64,000 nt of DNA, taken from assembly GCA_031369265.1 (NCBI GenBank), contig JANMON010000117.1, positions 5,985 through 69,984 of the forward strand, read 5' to 3'. Under the pieces are notes generated by a model. It did no database searches, had not been told where the DNA came from, and worked only from the letters and a program-made list of their open reading frames with translations. This stretch comes from Gemmatimonadaceae bacterium. Lineage in GTDB: Bacteria > Gemmatimonadota > Gemmatimonadetes > Gemmatimonadales > Gemmatimonadaceae. Made by a program: the position numbers and the translations under genes. This document shows, piece after piece, positions 1 through 8,495 of this stretch (positions are counted from its first letter, which is position 1; every line of letters begins with the position of its first letter).

Positions 1-1420
1 TGAGGTATTCCTTCTCGAAGTGCGCAACCAGCTTGTCCTTCGCCACGTGGTAGGCGTCGTTCATGTAGCTGCCGCTGAACGTCGTCGCCTCGGCTGCGGC
101 ACTGGTCGGACCATCCGGTGAGTCGTCGTAGACGGGGAAATCACTGCCCACCAGCGCCTTCCCCGGGTCGGCCACCACCGCGGTGTGCTCGATCATGTTC
201 TGCAGTTCGCGCACGTTGCCGCGCCACGGCCGGCTGCGCAGGAAATCCTGCGCATCCTCGCTGAACGTCGGCGCCGGCTCGCCGGGCTGGCGATGGCGGT
301 CCCAGAAATGGTGCAGGAAGTGCGCGGCCAGCACCGAGATATCCTCGGGGCGCTGGCGCAGGGGGGGCAGGCGGATGGGCACCACGCGCAGACGGTAGTA
401 CAGGTCCTCACGCAGGCGACCCTGGGCCACCGCCTCCAGCGGATCGCGGTTCATGGCGCTGATGAAGCGCACGTCCACCACCGCATCCTGGATCTCACTG
501 CCGACGCGGCGTACCACGCCATCCTGCAGCACGCGCAGCAGCTTGGCCTGGAGCGGCATCGACATCTCGGTCAGCTCGTCGAGGAAGAGCGTGCCGCCGT
601 TGGCCACCTCGAGCAGGCCGGCCTTGTCCCGATCGGCGCCGGTGAACGCTCCCTTCTTGTGGCCGAACATTTCACTTTCCAGCAGTTGCTCGGGCAAGGC
701 AGCGCAGTTGACCGCCACCAGCTTCTTCCCGGTGCGGCGGCTGTGGCTGTGGATGAACTGCGCGATCAGCTCCTTGCCGGTGCCGCTTTCGCCGCTGATG
801 AGGACGGAGGCATCGGTACCGGCCACCTTGCGGGCGAGGTCGAGCGCCTTGCGGAACGCGGGCGACTGACCGAGCAGCGTGATCTTGTCGCCGGTGTGCG
901 CGTTCTGGAAACTGGCCCCGCTGCCCATCGGCGGGGTGCCACTGCCCCCTTCGCTGCGCGCCGCACGTGTCTCACGGGCCACCAGCACCGCGTGCGACGC
1001 CCGACCCACCAGGATCTGCAGGTGGCTGGCCGAAAATGGCTTCGGGAGGTAGTCCCAGGCGCCGGCCCGCAGCGCCTCGATGCTCGAGGTCACCGACGGA
1101 TTGCCAGTCATGACCACGAAGATCGTGTCTTTGTTGGCCTCCAGCGTGGCCTTCAGGATGTCCATCCCCGAGACCGGCTGCAGGTACAGGTCACACAGCA
1201 CGATGTCGAAACGGCGGCGCTTGACGAGCTCCACCGCCTCGTCGGCCCGACCGGTCACCGTCACGTTGTACCCGTCGCCCTGCAGGATGCTGGCGCACCC
1301 CTCACGCAGGGTGCGATCATCATCCACGATCAGCAGCCGGAGGGTCGCCCGCGCTTCGGGAGCCACCGCCATCGAGTCGCGCGCCGACGCATCGGCTGAA
1401 AGCTGGTCTGGCGAGGTCAT
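1..1420 (-). CDS. sigma-54-dependent NtrC-family response regulator (PrsR-like candidate regulator of the PEP-CTERM/exosortase locus); C-terminus runs off the window
   Basis: Not in the ORF track because the window edge truncates it. My reverse-strand translation from ATG at 1420 gives MTSPDQLSADAS..LRLLIVDDDRTLREG..FDIVLCDLYLQPVSGMDIL..LPKPF (receiver). AAA+ sigma-54 activator motifs follow: GESGTGKE (Walker A), ESEMFGHKKGAFTGA (GAFTGA loop), GTLFLDEL (Walker B), EDLYYRL. The + ORF 185..1399 is its antisense shadow. Confidence 0.9.
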   Translation of the reverse strand, partial: MTSPDQLSADASARDSMAVAPEARATLRLLIVDDDRTLREGCASILQGDGYNVTVTGRADEAVELVKRRRFDIVLCDLYLQPVSGMDILKATLEANKDTIFVVMTGNPSVTSSIEALRAGAWDYLPKPFSASHLQILVGRASHAVLVARETRAARSEGGSGTPPMGSGASFQNAHTGDKITLLGQSPAFRKALDLARKVAGTDASVLISGESGTGKELIAQFIHSHSRRTGKKLVAVNCAALPEQLLESEMFGHKKGAFTGADRDKAGLLEVANGGTLFLDELTEMSMPLQAKLLRVLQDGVVRRVGSEIQDAVVDVRFISAMNRDPLEAVAQGRLREDLYYRLRVVPIRLPPLRQRPEDISVLAAHFLHHFWDRHRQPGEPAPTFSEDAQDFLRSRPWRGNVRELQNMIEHTAVVADPGKALVGSDFPVYDDSPDGPTSAAAEATTFSGSYMNDAYHVAKDKLVAHFEKEYL

Positions 1421-1513
1421 CTGTCCCATATGATCCGACGGGTCCCGCGGGACCGCACCGCCCTGCACAGGCTCATCCCTGCGACGGGCTGTTGCGTCGT
1501 ATCTAGTGAAGAA

Positions 1514-1536
1514 GTGTTGCGCGTGTCAAGCAACAC
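1514..1536. promoter_or_regulatory. perfect 7-bp inverted repeat GTGTTGC-N9-GCAACAC, candidate activator (UAS) site in the prsR-like/wzz divergent region
   Basis: Read directly: GTGTTGC at 1514-1520 and GCAACAC at 1530-1536. It lies about 120-140 bp upstream of the sigma-54-like element at 1654, the usual distance for enhancer-binding-protein sites. Confidence 0.3.
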
Positions 1537-1653
1537 GTTGGTCGCGAGCCACACCGAAATGGCACGATCGTGTATTTCCTGCGACAGGGTGTCGCGCTTA
1601 TACTGCGCTTTGACGACTGTTCGGTCTGTTTGTCACGGCTCCGACCGCTACGG

Positions 1654-1669
1654 TGGGCCGGCTCTTGCA
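1654..1669 (+). promoter_or_regulatory. candidate sigma-54 -24/-12 promoter TGGGCCG-gctc-TTGCA
   Basis: 10 of 12 matches to TGGCACG-N4-TTGCW, with invariant GG and GC at canonical spacing. Intergenic, about 130 nt upstream of ATG 1800, correct orientation. Confidence 0.35.
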
Positions 1670-1799
1670 CTTTGACCGCGACGACGGGCGGTTCTCGTGA
1701 GAGCCCGCTCACACGAATGGCGTCAGCTTGCTCGGTGCACCGGTCGTCCGATGCTGGGGTATAGTGACGCTGCAACACATCAGTGCGTCCCATTGCGAC

Positions 1800-4238
1800 A
1801 TGACACGACAGTTCAACGCCCTCTCCGCCGGCTCGCGCCTGGCCCCTGCTTCCGCTCCTGCCTCGCTCCCTGCGATGCCGCAGGCGCAGGTCGAGCAGTG
1901 GGGCCCGCCCCCGCCGCCGCCCGCCGCAATGTCCCCCGCCTACCAGCGCTACCTCTCGGCGGTCGGGCGATTCAAGTGGCTGATCCTCGCCATGGTCCTG
2001 CTCGGCCTGCTGGGCGGGTACGTGGCCACCAGGTACATCAAGCCCGAGTACGATGTGTCGGGCAAGATCACTCTGCGCGACCCGAGCGCCGAGATCATCG
2101 GCAACTCGCGTCAGCGTTCGAACGAGTCGTACCTGCAGGTGTTCCGGGCCTATTCCATCACGGACTCGGTCGCGCGCAAGCTCCGACTGTACCTCGACAC
2201 CCGCCGCGACGCCGACTCCGTCTATTTCCGTGAGTTCGCCCTCGCCCAGCAGTTCGTGCCGGGCACATATGAACTCACGATCGACAGCAAGAAGGAGAAG
2301 TACCGCCTCCGCCGCACCCGCAATGGCGATTCGCGTGAGATCGAGACCGGCCTGATCGGCGACTCGATCGGCCGCGAATCGGGGCTCCGCTGGCGCCCCG
2401 TCAAGGAGTTGCTCCCGGCCAAGGCCACGGTCGAGTTCGAACTGATCACGCCGCGCGAAGCCTCGACCAACCTGCAGAAGAAGCTCCGGGCCGACGCACC
2501 GCCGAACACCGACGTCATGAACGTCTCGCTGCGGGGCGAGGACGCCGCCCGCACCGAGGTGGCGCTGAACGAGTGGATGTCGCTGTTCGTGAACTACCTC
2601 GGCATTCAGAAGAACGGCGGGACCACAGTCACCGCCAATGCCGCCAACAAGGCGTTCACCGACGCCGAATCTCGGCTTCGCGCTGCGCGCAATGATTATG
2701 AGCGCTTCCGCGTGAATGCCATCACGATGCCGTCGGAGCAGACCGTGCTCTCGCCGGGCGTGCAATCCACGCAGAATCCGGTGCTGGAGCAGTTCACCCG
2801 CTTCCGGCTCGAGGCGCAGAACCTCCGCAACGACCGTGAGTTCCTGCAGGGTTTGCTGCGGCCGGGACGCCTGCGGGAATTGGATCCGAGCGTCGCGACC
2901 GGCCTGACTTCACTGCAGGGCGCCGGTGGCGAGGCGTTGCGCGGCGTCCTGGCTGAGCTCAACACGGCGCGCGCGCTGTACCGTGCGAAGAGCGCCATCT
3001 ACACCGACTCCGCGCCGGAAGTCGTCAAGATCCAGGGCCAGATCGCGAGTCTCGAAACGAGAGTGCTACCGAATCTGATCAGGGACCAGGTGGCCTCGTT
3101 GCTCGCCAAGGAAACCGACTTCAATCGCCGCATCGCCGGGCAGTCGGCCGAAATTCGCGGCATCCCCGAGCGCACCATCCGTGAGGAAGAACTCCGCGCC
3201 AAGGTGGATCGCGAACAGAAGATCGTCGAATACCTCTCCAACAACCTCGAGACGCAGCGCCTGAAGGAAAATTCGGCGCGCAACGAAGTCTTCGTGCAGG
3301 ACTCGGCCGTCGCCCCGTTCCGCCCGACCTCGAACACGGCCCTGCAGATCATCCCCGCTGGCCTCCTGGTCGGACTGGTGCTCGGTCTCGGCCTTGCCAT
3401 CCTGCTCGACCTGCTCGATCGCCGAGTGCGGTACCCCGAGCAGGTGGCTGCCGAGCTGAGGCTGGATATCATCGGCGCGATTCCGCTGGTACACCCGGGC
3501 CGCCCGTCGGTGGAAGAGCAGGCACAGCTGGTCGAGAGCTTCCGCACCTTACGGCTCTCGCTGCGCCATCAGTTCACGGCGGGCGAACCGGTCTCATTCA
3601 CCGTCACCAGCACCGGGCCGGCCGAGGGCAAGTCGTTCGTCTCGTCCAACCTGGCGCTGTCGTTCGCGGAAGCCGGCTTCCGCACCGTGCTGGTGGATGG
3701 CGACACCCGGCGCGGCGCCATCCAGCAGGCGTTCGGTGTTCCGCAGAAGCCGGGCCTGGTGGAGTTCCTGCAAGGCACCAGCACGCTCGACGAGACGGTG
3801 TATCCGACTTCGTACGAACGTCTGTCACTGGTGCCCTGTGGGTCACGTCATCGCCAGGCACCGGAGATGGTCACCACCGCCGCGATGGAAGCACTGCTCG
3901 ATGACCTGCGTGCGCGATTCGACGTGGTGATCGTGGACAGCCCGCCACTTGGCGCCGGTACCGATGCCTACGCACTCGCCACACTCACTGGTGGCCTGTT
4001 GATGGTGCTGCGTGTCGGCGTCACCGATCGCAAGATGGCCATCGCAAAGCTGGAAACGATGGATCGCCTGCCGATCCGTCCACTCGGTGCCGTGCTCAAC
4101 GGCATCGAGGGCAAGGGCGTGTTCCAGTACTACCACTACCTCGAAGGCTACAACTCGGCCAACGCCGGCGACGATGACGAACCGATCGCCCCGTTGCCGA
4201 AGAAGTCGAAGCCGCGGCTCACTGGCGGCAAGGCATAG
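1800..4238 (+). CDS. polysaccharide chain-length determinant (Wzz/GumC-like) fused to a BY-type tyrosine autokinase
   Basis: ORF 1728..4238; the longest form starts at TTG, so ATG 1800 (MTRQFNAL) is preferred. TM helix then long coiled periplasmic region, second TM. Walker A TSTGPAEGKSFVSSNLA, Walker A' VLVDGDTRRG, Walker B VVIVDSPPLGAGTDA, C-terminal Tyr cluster FQYYHYLEGY. Confidence 0.9.
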   Translation: MTRQFNALSAGSRLAPASAPASLPAMPQAQVEQWGPPPPPPAAMSPAYQRYLSAVGRFKWLILAMVLLGLLGGYVATRYIKPEYDVSGKITLRDPSAEIIGNSRQRSNESYLQVFRAYSITDSVARKLRLYLDTRRDADSVYFREFALAQQFVPGTYELTIDSKKEKYRLRRTRNGDSREIETGLIGDSIGRESGLRWRPVKELLPAKATVEFELITPREASTNLQKKLRADAPPNTDVMNVSLRGEDAARTEVALNEWMSLFVNYLGIQKNGGTTVTANAANKAFTDAESRLRAARNDYERFRVNAITMPSEQTVLSPGVQSTQNPVLEQFTRFRLEAQNLRNDREFLQGLLRPGRLRELDPSVATGLTSLQGAGGEALRGVLAELNTARALYRAKSAIYTDSAPEVVKIQGQIASLETRVLPNLIRDQVASLLAKETDFNRRIAGQSAEIRGIPERTIREEELRAKVDREQKIVEYLSNNLETQRLKENSARNEVFVQDSAVAPFRPTSNTALQIIPAGLLVGLVLGLGLAILLDLLDRRVRYPEQVAAELRLDIIGAIPLVHPGRPSVEEQAQLVESFRTLRLSLRHQFTAGEPVSFTVTSTGPAEGKSFVSSNLALSFAEAGFRTVLVDGDTRRGAIQQAFGVPQKPGLVEFLQGTSTLDETVYPTSYERLSLVPCGSRHRQAPEMVTTAAMEALLDDLRARFDVVIVDSPPLGAGTDAYALATLTGGLLMVLRVGVTDRKMAIAKLETMDRLPIRPLGAVLNGIEGKGVFQYYHYLEGYNSANAGDDDEPIAPLPKKSKPRLTGGKA

Positions 4239-4268
4239 TTTGCGCACATCTGCACACGACGGCCTGTA

Positions 4269-5357
4269 ATGGCTGTCGCCGCACAACTATCGGTCATCAT
4301 CCCGACGTTCAACGAGGCCGAGAACGTCGAGCCGTTGTACGACGCGCTCAGCGTGGCGCTGGAAGGGATCGCGTTCGAGGCGATCTTCGTCGATGACGAT
4401 TCGCCGGACGGTACCTCGACCAAGGTGAAGCGTCTGGCGCAGGCGCGCGGCAACGTGCGATGCATCCACCGCATCGGCCGCCGCGGACTGTCCAGCGCGG
4501 CGGTGGAAGGCATTCTCTCGTCCAGCGCGCCGTACGTCGCCGTGATCGACGGCGACATGCAGCACGATGAGCGCATCCTACCGCAGATGCTCGAGCTGCT
4601 GCGTACCGATGCCGCCGACATCGTGGTCGGTTCGCGGCATGCCGAGGGCGGTAGCCTTGGCGACTGGACCAAGTCGCGCGCGGTGATGAGTGACATCGCC
4701 AGCCGGCTCAGTCGCGCGATCCTGAAGGGGCGCGACCTCAAGGATCCGATGAGCGGCTTCTTCATGACGCGTCGCGAGCTGTTCGATCGTGCGGTGCCGA
4801 CGCTCTCGATCGAGGGCTTCAAGATCCTGCTGGACTACATCGCGTCGGTGGACCCGAAGCTTCGCGTGGCGGAAGTCCCATACCACTTCCGCAACCGCAT
4901 CCACGGCGAGAGCAAGCTGGATAGCCTGGTGCTCTGGGAGTACGGCATCCTCCTGCTGGACAAGCTGGTGGGCCACATCGTGCCGCCACGCTTCATCCTG
5001 TTCGCGCTGGTGGGTGCGACCGGTGTGGTGGTGCACTTCGCGCTGCTCAGCTTCATGCTCTCCATGGGCATCGCGTTCCTCACCGCCCAGAGCGTGGCGA
5101 CGCTGTTCGCGATGACCACCAACTACCTGCTCAACGACTCGCTCACCTATCGCGACAAGCGGCACCGCGGCCTGCGATGGTTCAAGGGCCTGATCAGCTT
5201 CTACCTGGTCTGCGGTGTGGGCGCGCTGGCCAACGTCGGCATCGCGTCAGCGCTGTTCAAGGACAACTACACCTGGTGGATCTCGGCCGGCGCCGGCGTG
5301 ATCGTGGGTACGATCTTCAACTACGCCCTGACGTCGCTCTTCACCTGGCGGAAGTAG
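4269..5357 (+). CDS. GT2 polyprenyl-phosphate glycosyltransferase (DPM1/GtrB-like) fused to a C-terminal GtrA-like membrane domain
   Basis: LSVIIPTFNEAENV, FVDDDSPDGT, IDGDMQHD (GT-A DxD region). The C-terminal ~120 aa have four hydrophobic helices and end NYALTSLFTWRK, typical of the GtrA family. Confidence 0.85.
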   Translation: MAVAAQLSVIIPTFNEAENVEPLYDALSVALEGIAFEAIFVDDDSPDGTSTKVKRLAQARGNVRCIHRIGRRGLSSAAVEGILSSSAPYVAVIDGDMQHDERILPQMLELLRTDAADIVVGSRHAEGGSLGDWTKSRAVMSDIASRLSRAILKGRDLKDPMSGFFMTRRELFDRAVPTLSIEGFKILLDYIASVDPKLRVAEVPYHFRNRIHGESKLDSLVLWEYGILLLDKLVGHIVPPRFILFALVGATGVVVHFALLSFMLSMGIAFLTAQSVATLFAMTTNYLLNDSLTYRDKRHRGLRWFKGLISFYLVCGVGALANVGIASALFKDNYTWWISAGAGVIVGTIFNYALTSLFTWRK

Positions 5358-5382
5358 CCGCCGAGGGCCTGCCGGGACGGCG

Positions 5383-6345
5383 TCACACGAACGTCGCCGG
5401 CACCTCATCGAAACTGGGCACCGAGACTGCCCGTGACACGTGTGCGTATCGGAGCGCCGTGGACGCGCGCACTAGCAGGTCGGAGCCACTCGGATCGGCC
5501 GGCGTGGGCGGGGCGATGGTGGCGGTCCCGGCGCGTAATTCCACGCGATACGTCTCGCCGGCGTCCACGAACGCCGGTAACAGCGCGACCCGCTCGCGCA
5601 CCCTGGCCACCATCTCCGCTGCGCCATGCCGTTCAGTCATCGGCGCCAGGATCGCGAACTCGTTGGTGCCGAGCTGTCCCACCACGTCCGAGCCGCGTGC
5701 CACGCTGGCCATCGTCCGGGCGACATCGCTGGCCACCCGTGGCGGCAACGGACGATCCGCTGCGTCGGCTGCACCGGCCACCGCCACCGCTCCGACGGCA
5801 ATGCATGAGACCGGCGTCTGGCGGCGCACGGCGTCGGCCAGCATCTCTCGCACCCGGCGATGGAGGCCTCGGTAGGTGTAGAGCCCCGAGTCGGCGTCCA
5901 CCATCCGGACCCGCTCCCCGTCATCCACCACCCGCTTCGCGTCCACCCAGTTTCTCAATCGCAGCACCAGCAGCTCGCCATCCAGCGGCTGCTCCCACAC
6001 GCTCCAGGCGCCAGCGAGGTAGGCCTTGCGGAGGAAATCGCGAGGGGCCGCCCCGGAGGTCATCAGCACCACCGGCACGTGGATGCCGACCCGCTGTTCG
6101 GCCCGGATGAGCCGGCAGACGTCCAGCCCGTCCACATCGGACAGTCGCGAATCGATCAGGACCACGTCCGGCGACACGGAAGCGGCCAGCTCGATCGTCT
6201 GTCGACCCGAATATCCGCGGACAAGCGCGAAGCCGTGTGGACCGAGCACCGTCTCCAGCGAGCGCGCCGCCCACTCCTGCTCGACGCCCACGACGATGAT
6301 CGGCGGACGACTGGTCTGCGGCAGCTGTGTGTTCGGCGTGGCCAT
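5383..6345 (-). CDS. response-regulator receiver fused to a degenerate GGDEF domain (A-site GTNEF, I-site-like RGSD retained)
   Basis: ORF 5383..6606; internal ATG at 6345 (MATPNTQ..IIVVGVE) preferred. Receiver: PDVVLIDSRLSDVDGLDVCRLIR. GGDEF fold: DADSGLYTYRGL .. ARGSDVVGQLGTNEFAILAP .. LLVRASTALRYA. Confidence 0.8.
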   Translation of the reverse strand: MATPNTQLPQTSRPPIIVVGVEQEWAARSLETVLGPHGFALVRGYSGRQTIELAASVSPDVVLIDSRLSDVDGLDVCRLIRAEQRVGIHVPVVLMTSGAAPRDFLRKAYLAGAWSVWEQPLDGELLVLRLRNWVDAKRVVDDGERVRMVDADSGLYTYRGLHRRVREMLADAVRRQTPVSCIAVGAVAVAGAADAADRPLPPRVASDVARTMASVARGSDVVGQLGTNEFAILAPMTERHGAAEMVARVRERVALLPAFVDAGETYRVELRAGTATIAPPTPADPSGSDLLVRASTALRYAHVSRAVSVPSFDEVPATFV

Positions 6346-6846
6346 GCGATGCGTACGGTGGGAGACGGGGCAGTGAGCAGGGCGAACGCAGGACTCATGC
6401 ACCCGATGACGTGAACAGCTAAACGCATGCAAGTCAAACACTTGCGCTGAAACATCAGCCTCGAAAAACGCTGGCACGTGCAGCACCTCTGCAACACAAA
6501 CCGACGGAATCCACGGTTTTGCCACACTCTCAAGGGACGTCGAGGTCGTCTGCACCGCGCCATTTGGGCCGGTGCCCAGGCGCGTGCCGACGGCGCCGGC
6601 AGCCAAACCGTTACCGGGATGACCACCTTTGCGTCACGCAGGTGTATAGGAGGGCTCGGCACGGAGGTGATAAGTTGTTCCCGTCACATCGTGCCACTCC
6701 GCTGGTGCAGTTCATGCGCTAGGGACTCGAGGCCGCCTGTGTGAAGCTGGGTCGGGCGGCGTCAGGTAAGTCCTTGCGCGGTAATGCTTTTTCACCAGAA
6801 CTACCCTTCGCTGCCGGCCTCTGCCGTCACGGGGGAATGGAATGTC

Positions 6847-7611
6847 ATGCGATCTGTGTCCGTCATTTCCTCCACGCAACGTCTGCCAACGTTGGTTGCA
6901 CTGGCGTTGATGCTCGGTTGCGGCGCCAGCCTGTTGCAGGCGCAGGCGCCTGCTGAACAGACGCTGTACCGAACCCGCCCGTTCCTCGACTCGGTCGCCA
7001 CGTCGCTCGAGAAGAACGGCAAGTCGTCTGAGGCCGCCACGATCCGCGATCGCCTGAAGGTTGGTGATTTCTATCCCGGCGATCGACTGGTAGTCGAGAT
7101 GTTCGGCAGCGAAGAGCCGTTACGTGACACGGTTTCGGTGCGCGCAGGACAGGAAGTCCTTCTCGGACAATTCCCTGCCTTCTCGCTGCGCGGTGTGCTC
7201 CGCTCCGAAGCGGACTCGGCACTCGTCGCGCAAGCCAGGCGATATATCCAGCGTCCAGTGATCCGGACCCAGCCGCTCGTGCGACTGTTGGTGACCGGTG
7301 CCGTGGGCAAGCCCGGCTTCGTCACGGTGCGTGGTGACGCAGCGGTCTCTGACGTCGTCTCCAGCGCAGGTGGGCTGACGAATTTCTCGCGGCTCAACAA
7401 GTCCAAGGTGAAGCGGGGCAGTGGCACGCTCGTTGAACCCGACAGCCTCGGAACGATTTTTCGATCCGGCATGACGCTGGATCAAGCTGATATCCGTGCC
7501 GGCGATGAAATCGCCATCAGTGAGAAGAAGCAGGGTGGATTCACCGGAATGATCTGGGCGGCGTCGGCTGCCATCGGTGTAATCCTGTCGCTCGTGTCTC
7601 TGGCGCGCTGA
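6847..7611 (+). CDS. outer-membrane polysaccharide export lipoprotein (Wza/Poly_export + SLBB)
   Basis: ORF 6784..7611; ATG 6847 gives a signal peptide with lipobox LMLGC. DFYPGDRLVVEMFG (Poly_export), VTGAVGKPGFVTVRGDAAVSDVVSSAGGLT (SLBB), C-terminal hydrophobic helix. Confidence 0.85.
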   Translation: MRSVSVISSTQRLPTLVALALMLGCGASLLQAQAPAEQTLYRTRPFLDSVATSLEKNGKSSEAATIRDRLKVGDFYPGDRLVVEMFGSEEPLRDTVSVRAGQEVLLGQFPAFSLRGVLRSEADSALVAQARRYIQRPVIRTQPLVRLLVTGAVGKPGFVTVRGDAAVSDVVSSAGGLTNFSRLNKSKVKRGSGTLVEPDSLGTIFRSGMTLDQADIRAGDEIAISEKKQGGFTGMIWAASAAIGVILSLVSLAR

Positions 7612-7646
7612 CCCGCGCGTCACCGCTCAATTCTGCCGAGGAAGGC

Positions 7647-8456
7647 GTGGGCTCTACGGTACCAGGTGCGACACAGATGTCAGGCCGCATCGCGGCATTA
7701 CGCGACGCGTTCGGAGGCGCGGCCACGGGCTGGCCATCGCCCGATGAAGGCGACACGCGTGAGCGTCGCAGCCAGGCGCGGGCGCACAGCAGCGCCGACG
7801 ATCGTGCCTCAGTGCATCCGGAATGGATGCATCGCTCCCTGAACGTGGCCGTGGCCGCGATCGGCTTGCTGATCATCGCCCCGTTTGCCCTGCTGATCGC
7901 GGTGCTGATCAAGCTCAGCAGCCCAGGCCCCATCTTCTACTCGCAGACGCGCGTCGGGTTGGATCGTCGTGCCTCGCGTGCCGACCGCAGTCAGTCACGC
8001 CGCGAAGAGGACCTCGGTGGCCGGGTGTTCACGATCTACAAGTTCCGCTCGATGCGGGTGGACGCCGAGACGCCGGGGGAAGCGGTGTGGGCGTCGAAGG
8101 ACGATCCGCGGATCACCGCCATTGGCGCCTTCATCCGGAAGACGCGCCTCGACGAGACGCCGCAGTTGTGGAACGTAATGCGCGGCGAGATGAACGTGGT
8201 CGGACCGCGCCCGGAGCGCCCCAGCATCTTCCTGTCGCTGCGCAACCAGGTCGAGAACTACCACCTGCGCCAGCGTGTGAAGCCGGGCATCACCGGCTGG
8301 GCCCAGATCAACCAGGCCTACGACAGCACCGTGGAAGACGTGAAGAACAAGGTGGCGCTGGATCTGGTGTACATCACCAACCGCTCGCTCTGGCTCGACG
8401 TGAAGATCATGGCCAACACCCTGCCGGTGATGATCGGGCGCAAAGGCGCCCATTGA
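7647..8456 (+). CDS. initiating polyprenyl-phosphate sugar-phosphate transferase (bacterial sugar transferase, WbaP/EpsB-like)
   Basis: One TM helix, then FTIYKFRSMRVDAE, DPRITAIGAFIRKTRLDETPQLWNVMRGEMNVVGPRPERP. GTG start at 7647; ATG at 7675 is possible. Confidence 0.9.
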   Translation: MGSTVPGATQMSGRIAALRDAFGGAATGWPSPDEGDTRERRSQARAHSSADDRASVHPEWMHRSLNVAVAAIGLLIIAPFALLIAVLIKLSSPGPIFYSQTRVGLDRRASRADRSQSRREEDLGGRVFTIYKFRSMRVDAETPGEAVWASKDDPRITAIGAFIRKTRLDETPQLWNVMRGEMNVVGPRPERPSIFLSLRNQVENYHLRQRVKPGITGWAQINQAYDSTVEDVKNKVALDLVYITNRSLWLDVKIMANTLPVMIGRKGAH

Positions 8457-8495
8457 TCCCTGTACGATGACACCGTCCGGCGCAGCCTTCGGCCG

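Noticed and set aside
185-1399. 404-aa + strand ORF (and overlapping ORFs at 183..398, 453..869 and 1080..1433)
   Set aside because: It is an Arg/Ala/Gly-rich low-complexity translation with no motifs. The opposite strand encodes an unmistakable NtrC-type regulator with all AAA+ motifs. This is a classic antisense shadow ORF in high-GC DNA.
1718-1732. Sigma-54-like TGGCGT-cagc-TTGCT upstream of the wzz gene; also TGGCAC sites at 1560-1575 and 6472-6486
   Set aside because: The GG-to-GC spacing is one or two nt short of canonical, or the -12 GC is missing, and sigma-54 is intolerant of spacing changes. TGGCAC-containing matches inside coding DNA (7421-7437, 9429-9444) occur at about the frequency expected by chance.
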